A stretch of DNA of 15,178 nucleotides from Campylobacterota bacterium (GTDB taxonomy: Bacteria > Campylobacterota > Campylobacteria > Campylobacterales > Sulfurovaceae), in contig JAYEOM010000054.1 of assembly GCA_034722955.1 (NCBI GenBank), positions 1 through 15,178 of the forward strand, read 5' to 3'. The notes under the pieces are model-generated. The model had not been told where the DNA came from, ran no database searches, and saw only the letters and a program-made list of their open reading frames with translations. Numbering within the stretch: the first letter of the stretch is position 1; each line of letters starts with the position of its first letter. Made by a program: the position numbers and the translations under genes. Shown here piece after piece: positions 1 through 7,742 of this stretch.

Positions 1-29
1 CCTTATCTAGTCAATTATCTTTATTTTGT

Positions 30-593
30 TTAGGAAAATTGCTCCTTTAATTTTACCTGATGAGTTTTCAGTATCATCATATATGCCAAAAGAACTTCAT
101 CATCTTTGCCTGTTTTGCAGTATGTATTGTAGTCTACAAGTACATCCGCAATGCCGCCGGTACCCAGATTTGTGGCTGAACCTTTTATGGAGTGAGTAAG
201 GTGTTCGATCTCATCATACTCTCTGTCTCTTATGGCAGCTTCTATTTTGGGAATATGATCCTCAATCTGCACAATAAGGTCATGGACGAAAATATTTGCA
301 TCGGTTTGGGAGAGTCCCATATCCATCAATCTGCTATGGTTGAAGTCTGGATACTCTCCATTTGGAAGCTCTTTGGTTGTCTCTTTTACTCTCTCTTCTT
401 GCTCAAACGATCTTTGGGGAGGTTGTTCTCTAGTAGTGGTTTTTACATCAACCTCTCTCCTCTTCCTCTCTTTTGTTTCGGATGGTTCTTCTCTCTCTAT
501 TGATTTTGAAGCATGTTTTTTTCTAAGTACTATGAAAGCAACAACTGCTATCAGTAGTATTAAAAGTATTGGAATTATTATATATAAGCTCAT
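30..593 (-). CDS. Membrane-anchored stand-alone Hpt (histidine phosphotransfer) domain protein
   Basis: 187 aa. N-terminal hydrophobic helix (YIIIPILLILLIAVVAFIVL) followed by RKKH and a charged linker. C-terminal Hpt motif HLTHSIKGSATNLG. AGAAGGA lies upstream of the ATG. Confidence 0.88.
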   Translation of the reverse strand: MSLYIIIPILLILLIAVVAFIVLRKKHASKSIEREEPSETKERKRREVDVKTTTREQPPQRSFEQEERVKETTKELPNGEYPDFNHSRLMDMGLSQTDANIFVHDLIVQIEDHIPKIEAAIRDREYDEIEHLTHSIKGSATNLGTGGIADVLVDYNTYCKTGKDDEVLLAYMMILKTHQVKLKEQFS

Positions 594-739
594 TTTTTAT
601 CCTTCTAATAAAATTTCTTCTAATAATCATAATATCTTTATACTTAAAAAAAAGACTTATATTGGTTTATTAACTACATTTTCCAGTATATAACTTTAGT
701 GTCGTGACACAAATCACCAATTATCACAACTCTTAAAAT

Positions 740-780
740 ATAAGGCTATTTGTGTGTTTATCTCCTTGGGGTAGCCTTAT
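740..780. other. Stem-loop with 9-bp arms and an anti-SD (+) / AAGGAG (-) loop; candidate sRNA element or terminator
   Basis: ATAAGGCTA (740-748) pairs with TAGCCTTAT (772-780). The loop is TTTGTGTGTTTATCTCCTTGGGG. Confidence 0.5.
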
Positions 781-808
781 TTGGGAATTCTTATTAGATA
801 TTTGGCAA

Positions 809-834
809 GGCGAGAAGAGAATACTCTTCTCGCC
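809..834 (-). terminator. GC-rich hairpin directly after the porin stop; probable terminator or 3' stabiliser
   Basis: Perfect 11-bp inverted repeat GGCGAGAAGAG-aata-CTCTTCTCGCC, 5 nt after the stop codon. The U-tail on the minus strand is short (TT). Confidence 0.7.
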
Positions 835-839
835 AATGT

Positions 840-2417
840 CTAAAACATATAGTTAAACTCTAAACGATATTCATTATATGAATAGTCCGGTTTTAATGTA
901 CTTGGATCAGTGTTGTGAATCATGAGTGTATCATCATTTGCAGTAACATGCCCAAAACGCAATCTCGTTTGGAAATCTTTAGTAATATTTGTCCATGTAT
1001 CTATATGGATGACATTACTGTCTGCCGATACATAATCTTTGTTGTCATCAAAGTCTTGAATCGCATATCTAATACTTGCTTTCCATGTATCGTTGAACTT
1101 GTAGACTGCTCTTGCCATAAGAGTTTCAGTATTTGAAGTCCAGTTATACTGTGCCATTGCTCTTGTAAATCCACCTGTAGGAAATCCTCTCCAAGGTGTA
1201 ATAATATCTGCTTCATCTCCTACCTTGGAGTAACCAAATCTAAAGAAACCTTTTTTGTTTGGCATCAATATGTCAAGTCTCGCATTGAAGAGAGTTGCAT
1301 CTAGAGAGCCAAGTGTACTAGCATCATAACCTGAGCCAACCAATGAATCCGTCTTCCCTGTGAGGTTCGTATTTCCTGCAATATCTCCACCACCATCATC
1401 CATCTGGTAGAAGTATCGGATACCAGGTCTAACAGACCATCCGGTATCTGTGATAGGGATTTTATAGTGTGCTTCGACCACAAAATCTTGCAGTATATTT
1501 GGAATTTGCAAATAACTTAAATCCAATTTGAGATTATCAATATACTTTATACTCATATCAGCTAAAAACATATTATTATCCGGATCTACTCCTGCAGCTA
1601 AGAAGTTCTTTGTGTTCAAACCTTTGTGAACTGCAGCATCATCATTTCCTGTCCATTGGCTTCTGTTGTCCGTGTCAGTATTGTTAAAGGTAATTACATC
1701 ATGTGATGTCTCGTGATCTCTCAGTTTTTGTGCACCAAACCATGCAAATCTAATCTTAGTTTTAGGAGCAACTTTAACTGCTGCACTTACACCATCAAAG
1801 GTATTGGGAATCATTTTTGTATCATTTGATTTGGTAAAGACAGACTCAAACAGTTGACGACCGGCTACCACATCTACTGTGTCATTGTTGTATTGCAGAT
1901 ATGCTTCTCCAAGTGCTTGCATACCATATCCGCCACCTGTAAAAACTTTATAACGACTAAAAGTATCTTTGCCTGATTTTGAAAACTGAACTTCATCTTT
2001 AGCCATTCTAAGAAATTCAGGATTCAAAGAGCCATAGTATCCCAGCATAAAGCTAAAACTGTTCAGGCTGGCAGACTTAAAGATCAGACTTCCTCCAGCA
2101 CCACTGTTTTTATTGTCTTGAAGTTTGCTGGTCTCTACATCCCAATCCCAATAAAAGTTATTATTTCTCAAGCGTCCATAAAAAATACCTTCAGAAAAGA
2201 GATCACCAATATTATCTACGGCACCTGGCAATACATTGTATTTGAGTGTCATATTACCATTTAGCTGACGCTTAGGTTTATCTGATTTTTTCACCTCTAC
2301 TACTGGTTGTTCTGCTGGTTGTTCTGCTGGTATGATAACTCCACCTGCTACTAATCCCGTACTCAAGAACAATGCAACTGCTGTAACTGCACTGATTTTC
2401 ACTATTTCCTTGTCCAT
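840..2417 (-). CDS. Outer-membrane beta-barrel porin, OprD-like family (Campylobacterota type)
   Basis: 525 aa with a signal peptide ending ...GLVA. It has a GRQ...P.TFDG segment typical of OprD-like porins, alternating aromatic strands, and a C-terminal beta-signal EYRLEFNYMF. Strong RBS AAGGAG. Confidence 0.8.
   Translation of the reverse strand: MDKEIVKISAVTAVALFLSTGLVAGGVIIPAEQPAEQPVVEVKKSDKPKRQLNGNMTLKYNVLPGAVDNIGDLFSEGIFYGRLRNNNFYWDWDVETSKLQDNKNSGAGGSLIFKSASLNSFSFMLGYYGSLNPEFLRMAKDEVQFSKSGKDTFSRYKVFTGGGYGMQALGEAYLQYNNDTVDVVAGRQLFESVFTKSNDTKMIPNTFDGVSAAVKVAPKTKIRFAWFGAQKLRDHETSHDVITFNNTDTDNRSQWTGNDDAAVHKGLNTKNFLAAGVDPDNNMFLADMSIKYIDNLKLDLSYLQIPNILQDFVVEAHYKIPITDTGWSVRPGIRYFYQMDDGGGDIAGNTNLTGKTDSLVGSGYDASTLGSLDATLFNARLDILMPNKKGFFRFGYSKVGDEADIITPWRGFPTGGFTRAMAQYNWTSNTETLMARAVYKFNDTWKASIRYAIQDFDDNKDYVSADSNVIHIDTWTNITKDFQTRLRFGHVTANDDTLMIHNTDPSTLKPDYSYNEYRLEFNYMF
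2303..2331. repeat. 12-bp in-frame tandem repeat (about 2.4 copies) encoding PAEQPAEQP in the porin N-terminal linker
   Basis: CTGGTTGTTCTG x2 followed by CTGGT. Confidence 0.85.
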
Positions 2418-2472
2418 TGTATCTCCTTGTTATTTGTTTGCTTTAATGGATTGATAGCTTATGCTATAATCA

Positions 2473-2495
2473 AGTTGCGACTATATGTCACAACT
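2473..2495. promoter_or_regulatory. Imperfect palindrome upstream of the porin; candidate transcription-factor operator
   Basis: AGTTGCGAC-tatat-GTCACAACT (9-bp arms, 1 mismatch). The half-site recurs at 2548-2556 and at 724-731. Confidence 0.5.
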
Positions 2496-2572
2496 ATATT
2501 GATCCTTTTTTCCCATTTATACTCCTTAGATATAGTTTCAGGATATGAGTTGTGACTCATCAATATCCAGTT

Positions 2573-5500
2573 CTATTTTGCATCTTCTATTCTCTTCTTT
2601 ATCGTATCGGCATTACTGTTTCCAACTATTATATCAGCACATAGATCTTTGTTATCATCATCTGCCACTATAACCAAAGGAATCGTACCCTCATCCCTAA
2701 CTATATTTGCAAGTTCACATGGCTCACCAGAACAACATGCCAGACCATATATGGCATACTTGTAGGTATAGTGCCCTAAAGATTTTAAGAAACTATCATT
2801 ATCATCAACTATTGTTACCTCATACCCAAATTTTTTGAATATTGCTGAGTAGATGCGTGCTTCTAGTCTAACTTCACAATATAGTAAAATTGCTAGAGCT
2901 ATATCCTCTTCTGCTTTTTTCTCTTCAGAGACCCCTCTTGCTGCCGCAGAATCGCTATCGGTAAGCTCTTTTTTGTTGGTTATGCTCTCTGGTGAAACTA
3001 TATCTTTTTTTATCTCCTCATCTGTAGATACCTCTTGAGATCTATCTATGTTTTTATTGGATAGAGTATCACTCTCATCTCTGCTGCCCTTTTGAACTTT
3101 TTGAGGCAATAACTCTGCGATTGTATTTTTTATTTCATTGAGGTTAAGTGGTTTTGATGCGTAGCTATCCATACCGATTTTTAGATACTTCTCTCTGTCA
3201 CCTTTAAGTGCATTCGCCGTAAGTGCTACTATAGGTACATGTTTTAGACTATTTTCTGCCTCATACTCCAGTATGGCTTTAGTCGCTTCTATACCATTCA
3301 TAACAGGCATCTGAATATCCATAAAGATTATATCAAAGTCAATCTTTTTTCTAAACTCCAGTGCTTCGGAACCATTTGAAGCTAGAGTCACATCTATGCC
3401 AAATCTCTCCAGTGTGACTAAGATTAGTTTTTGATTGATAAGATTATCTTCGGCAACCAAAGCATTTACCTTGCTAAAACCATCTGCTAACACAGTAGAA
3501 CTCTTGCTGCTCTCTATAACTTCACCATGTAGAGAGCTATCAATAGCATAATTTATCTTTTTCATAGTAAGTGGTTTCTGTATTGTTGTTATACCACCAT
3601 GCTTTTGAGGGTCTAGCATCTGTTTCAATTTGCCTGTTGTGATCAAGATAATATCTGAATCTAAATTAGAAAACTGCTCTATCTCTCCAACTCTCTTTAC
3701 ATATCGGTGATCTATAAACAGAATATCCGGAAGTTTTATACCTTTGGTATTGTTAAATATCTGATCATATGTATAAAACTCAAACTCTGCATCCATATAG
3801 TTGATATATAGCTTGAGATTGTTATCAACCTGGCTCTTCGAGAATACAGATGGAGTTGCAAGTCCTACAGTCAACTCCTTATGCTTGGTGTAGTCACTGC
3901 CAGCCTCTTCTAGATTTTTTTCTAAACGAACAGTAAAGAAGAACTCTGACCCACTACCCTCTGTAGCATCTACATTAAGCTCTCCACCCATAAACTTAAC
4001 AATATTATTGGAGATAGTTAGACCTAGCCCTGTTCCACCATACTTTCTGCTTGTGCTAGAGTCCTCTTGTGAAAATGCATGGAAGATACTCTCTCTCTTT
4101 TCTTTGCTGATACCAATACCTGAATCTTTAACTCCAAACCTTATCGTTGTATACTTTTCATCAAAATCAATTTGATTCAAAATGAGATTAATCTCTCCAC
4201 CAAATGGAGTAAATTTGATAGCATTACTGATAAGATTTATAATAACTTGAGATAGTTTTGTGGGATCCCCAAAGACATTATTTGGAATAGTAGGATCTAT
4301 AAATACCCCAAGCTCTATATTTTTCTCATCAGATCTCGCCGCGAACAGTTCAGCTGCCGACTCTATCTTCTCATACAGATCAAAGCTGATATGCTCTAGT
4401 TCCATTTTGTTGGCATTGATTTTGGATAGATCCAGTATATCATTAACTATACACAATAGATTGTCTGCACTATTGACAATGATATCAACAAACTCTTTTT
4501 GGTCAGTAGACAAATCTGTATCTTTGAGAAGTTGTGTAAAGCCAACAATACCATTGAGTGGTGTACGGATCTCATGCGACATGTTGGCTAGGAAGAGATC
4601 TTTTGCTACATTTGCATCTTCGGCAATTAGCTCTTTTTCATGCAGAAGCTTGATGATAGAGCCAAAGTATGCATATATCTTCTTTTTATCTGAAAGATTT
4701 TCTAGCGAACCACTAGACTCCATAATCTCCTCTTTACTCTCTACAGTCAGCTCTTCTACCTCACTCATCATATCTTTGAGAGCTTTATCTTCGTCTCTTG
4801 ATACGATATAGTTTCTTACAAGAGATATAAGGATAAATATCAAGCTTAGAAGGGTTGCTACAACACTAGCAAAGAGAATAGATTCATTATTCTGTACACT
4901 TTCTGCGATTTTATGTGACAGGAAATCGAGTGTATCTCTTTTTGCCTTTTCAAAAAGCTCCTGTTTGTCTCCAGTAATCCCAATCCACTCTTTAGCAGGA
5001 ATAGTATATTGACCATCATTATAGTCAAGAAGTATATCAATCCTCATACTATCTAGGTTACTTATCATATCATCAGTTTCTTGGGATTTAAAGAGCTTAT
5101 TTAGTGGTTCTAGTATAGGGGTAATATATTTATATTTTTCTATATCAGGTACTACAGAGTGCTTTATATAGTCATCCCATTTAGTAAGGTCATCAGATAA
5201 AAAAGGTTTTTTATTAGCTAAAAAATAGGTACCAAATATAGCTTCATTTGCAGAGTTTGTGTAGAGTCCACTCATGTCTGTAAAAAAAGTCAGATATGGT
5301 TTATTTTCATTATTACCATAGAGACCTATCTCACTCCAATACTCCTGTATAGGGTTGAGTATCTTCCTATGATATTCACCATTGAGCAGCATATATAACT
5401 TCAAATCTTTTGTTACATCGATATTGTAGCGAATATTTTGTAGTGTATTTCCTAAAAAAGCATCTCCGAGCAGGGTCATCGTAGGTATAGCAGATTTATC

Positions 5501-5839
5501 CGAGTCAGAGAGCATTATATTCACCCTCTCTCCTAGCGATAGCTGAGTAGACTCAATGTTCAACTGCTTGATAATCTCATCAGTAGCATCTCTATCTTTT
5601 TGACACTCACTCTTGAGATCCTGATGATCGTGGCTCATTTTTGCTGCACAAATCACCTCTTTTGTCACAGACTCTTCAAGTGATAGATATAGTTCAGTCT
5701 TGTTTAGATGTTTCTGTAGACCAATAGTCTCTATATAGTTTCCCCAAATATTTTGAATAAAATATACACCAGCTACAAAAATAACAAGAAGTGGCACAAT
5801 GACAGTAAGTGAACTTAGGCTTGATTTATTAATTGTCAT
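2573..5839 (-). CDS. Hybrid sensor histidine kinase (TM, NIT-like periplasmic domain, TM, HisKA, HATPase_c, receiver domains)
   Basis: H-box [16 protein letters not shown]-box [11 protein letters not shown]1 DSGIGI and G2 GGTGLGL. Canonical REC (AEDN...FMDIQMP...TANA...SKP) flanked by two degenerate REC-like segments. Two TM helices bracket a periplasmic region of about 290 aa. Confidence 0.95.
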   Translation of the reverse strand: MTINKSSLSSLTVIVPLLVIFVAGVYFIQNIWGNYIETIGLQKHLNKTELYLSLEESVTKEVICAAKMSHDHQDLKSECQKDRDATDEIIKQLNIESTQLSLGERVNIMLSDSDKSAIPTMTLLGDAFLGNTLQNIRYNIDVTKDLKLYMLLNGEYHRKILNPIQEYWSEIGLYGNNENKPYLTFFTDMSGLYTNSANEAIFGTYFLANKKPFLSDDLTKWDDYIKHSVVPDIEKYKYITPILEPLNKLFKSQETDDMISNLDSMRIDILLDYNDGQYTIPAKEWIGITGDKQELFEKAKRDTLDFLSHKIAESVQNNESILFASVVATLLSLIFILISLVRNYIVSRDEDKALKDMMSEVEELTVESKEEIMESSGSLENLSDKKKIYAYFGSIIKLLHEKELIAEDANVAKDLFLANMSHEIRTPLNGIVGFTQLLKDTDLSTDQKEFVDIIVNSADNLLCIVNDILDLSKINANKMELEHISFDLYEKIESAAELFAARSDEKNIELGVFIDPTIPNNVFGDPTKLSQVIINLISNAIKFTPFGGEINLILNQIDFDEKYTTIRFGVKDSGIGISKEKRESIFHAFSQEDSSTSRKYGGTGLGLTISNNIVKFMGGELNVDATEGSGSEFFFTVRLEKNLEEAGSDYTKHKELTVGLATPSVFSKSQVDNNLKLYINYMDAEFEFYTYDQIFNNTKGIKLPDILFIDHRYVKRVGEIEQFSNLDSDIILITTGKLKQMLDPQKHGGITTIQKPLTMKKINYAIDSSLHGEVIESSKSSTVLADGFSKVNALVAEDNLINQKLILVTLERFGIDVTLASNGSEALEFRKKIDFDIIFMDIQMPVMNGIEATKAILEYEAENSLKHVPIVALTANALKGDREKYLKIGMDSYASKPLNLNEIKNTIAELLPQKVQKGSRDESDTLSNKNIDRSQEVSTDEEIKKDIVSPESITNKKELTDSDSAAARGVSEEKKAEEDIALAILLYCEVRLEARIYSAIFKKFGYEVTIVDDNDSFLKSLGHYTYKYAIYGLACCSGEPCELANIVRDEGTIPLVIVADDDNKDLCADIIVGNSNADTIKKRIEDAK

Positions 5840-5870
5840 AGAATTTTCCTTTTCTCTCTATACAGATACC

Positions 5871-5899
5871 TATTTTAGATAGCAAGTTAATCTAAAATA
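5871..5899. promoter_or_regulatory. 10-bp perfect inverted repeat between the periplasmic-protein gene and the kinase gene
   Basis: TATTTTAGAT-agcaagtta-ATCTAAAATA. AT-rich, function unknown. Confidence 0.35.
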
Positions 5900-5901
5900 T
5901 A

Positions 5902-6702
5902 TTATTTTAAAATATCTGTCAAAATGATTCTACTCATATCATTTGCATTTCTGTAAGCAATATCAGCTTTCTCTTGTACTATTGCAGGCATAAATTTATC
6001 GTCAAACATCCATATAGTATTGAAATATTTTAGATGCTTCTCACAAAGATCCAATCGTTTTTTAAATTCAGGATCTTTATAGTAGTCTGATTTTTTTAAT
6101 TCTGCTATTGAGTTGGTATATATATTTACACCATTATTCCAGTGCTCCTCTATGGTGGGATCAGGAAGTCCCCACATTTTCATCATATAGTGTGCTGAGA
6201 GTCTGCGTGCTGATGCTGCTATCTCTATAGATGCATTAAGCTTTTGGCTATTTGATACTTTAGCTTTCTTTAAAAGATACTTTTTCATATTTGCTAACTC
6301 TATGATGACTGAGCGTATATTTGCATGGATAAAGAGTCCCTCTTTTTGCAATCTCTCTGCATCATTGTCTTCAAGTGCAGTGAGAAGTGCTGTTTTGACT
6401 GGTTTCCAAGCTTTCCTACTCGCTTTCACACTATTTTTGATATATTCATCTTTAAAGTTCTTATCCATGGTGTTTATGACATCTTCATACTCTGCTATAC
6501 TCATCTTCAGTCTCTTATCTGGAGATTTGTAGGTTACCTCTGTAGCTATAAGCGAATAGGTCTCAAGCATCTTTCTCATGTTGGACATCTGTTCACCAAG
6601 TTCCAATGTTGAGTCTAGAATATTTTTAGATTCAGAAGCCTGAATAGTACTAAAACTCAATATAACTGCAAGTATAAAGTATTTTATTGTAGTAAATTTC
6701 AT
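5902..6702 (-). CDS. Exported helical protein, probably a divergent tandem PilJ/NarX-like sensor-domain protein
   Basis: 266 aa with a signal peptide (..STIQA). Its size, helical two-repeat layout and W-containing helix (KAWKPVK) parallel the upstream neighbour, but the P-boxes are degenerate. RBS AGGAG. Confidence 0.55.
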   Translation of the reverse strand: MKFTTIKYFILAVILSFSTIQASESKNILDSTLELGEQMSNMRKMLETYSLIATEVTYKSPDKRLKMSIAEYEDVINTMDKNFKDEYIKNSVKASRKAWKPVKTALLTALEDNDAERLQKEGLFIHANIRSVIIELANMKKYLLKKAKVSNSQKLNASIEIAASARRLSAHYMMKMWGLPDPTIEEHWNNGVNIYTNSIAELKKSDYYKDPEFKKRLDLCEKHLKYFNTIWMFDDKFMPAIVQEKADIAYRNANDMSRIILTDILK

Positions 6703-6712
6703 GACTCTACTC

Positions 6713-7504
6713 CTATTTTTTTAAGTCAACATATAGAGATGAGATCTCATCCATTTTGCTAGTAATATCATCGGATGTATTGAAGACTATCAGTGGCAAA
6801 CCACCCATTTTAATATCCAAATAGAATTTATAGACTACATTCCATAATCTATCAACTCTTTTAAATTTCTTATTAATTATTGGTGTATTTACTTTGTTAT
6901 TCATCAAGATTTTGTGATTTTCTGTAAAACTCTCAACAGCTTTGTTCATCTGATTGATGGTGTTTTTATCCCTAATACCTAGCTGATATGCGATATAGTA
7001 CTTAGCAATACGCTGAGCCAACATACCCTGTCTTGCAGACAAATCTATAAGTTTTGAAGTATCTGCCTTGGATGTTTTTGATAGTGAATTCATTATATAC
7101 TCATTACCCTCTAGCATGGTTTCGCTTAGGTCTAGAACATATTGTGCATTATCCGTATTGAACTCCTCCTTGGTTTTGGAGAGAATATCTTCATTATTCA
7201 TCTCAACAAACTGAAGCAGGTTTACAATTCTAGGATTATCTATGGAGCCTTTTAGTTTATTGTGAGCATATTGTGACTCTTTTAGCGTTCTTGATAGTTG
7301 CTTATCTGCCTTGCTTACAGCGATATCTCCACCTTTGTAGAGATAATCTTTTGCTATTCTTTGTGAAAGCATTCTCTGCTTACCGGCTATATTAATCAAC
7401 TCAAGGGTACTTAGTTTCTCCTCTGCTACGACAAATGTCGAAAACGATAACGCTACGATTAGAGCTACGCTTAATCTTTTTTTGTTAATATCTTTTACAG
7501 CCAT
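6713..7504 (-). CDS. Exported protein with two PilJ/NarX-like (type IV pili MCP N-terminal) domains
   Basis: 263 aa with a signal peptide. P-box-like motifs INIAGKQRMLSQRIAK and IDLSARQGMLAQRIAK. No TM or output domain. Confidence 0.85.
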   Translation of the reverse strand: MAVKDINKKRLSVALIVALSFSTFVVAEEKLSTLELINIAGKQRMLSQRIAKDYLYKGGDIAVSKADKQLSRTLKESQYAHNKLKGSIDNPRIVNLLQFVEMNNEDILSKTKEEFNTDNAQYVLDLSETMLEGNEYIMNSLSKTSKADTSKLIDLSARQGMLAQRIAKYYIAYQLGIRDKNTINQMNKAVESFTENHKILMNNKVNTPIINKKFKRVDRLWNVVYKFYLDIKMGGLPLIVFNTSDDITSKMDEISSLYVDLKK

Positions 7505-7742
7505 AAACTATCCTTTTATTTATTATAATTTAATCTTAGCTTGCAACTTAATATTAAGCTACAAACAACTCTAATTGACTTATTATAGTGCAATAATTGT
7601 TAATTTTTATAATATTATGGGATTTTTTCAAAATTTGCTAAGTAGATGTGTAATATTAATACATATCAAGTTATATATTAGATGTAGGTGGGTTGCCTTT
7701 TTATTTTGTTGGGGTTATAATATCGAAAAGTAATATAGCCCC

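Noticed and set aside
646..653. A8 homopolymer upstream of the Hpt gene as a phase-variation tract
   Set aside because: Short A/T runs are expected in AT-rich Campylobacterota promoters. Phase-variable tracts in this group are usually poly-G/C or longer.
192..693. Plus-strand ORFs 192-503 and 340-693
   Set aside because: Antisense shadows of the Hpt gene, with Ser/Leu/Phe-rich composition and no motifs.
915..6612. Small alternative-frame and antisense ORFs within the porin, kinase and periplasmic-protein genes (including 4260-4811)
   Set aside because: They are fully nested in well-supported genes and have no recognisable domains.
7711..7742. Imperfect hairpin GGGGTTATA...TATAGCCCC after eda as a terminator
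   Set aside because: It has a mismatch and a long loop, and it is followed by an A-rich rather than U-rich tail on the coding strand, so support is insufficient.
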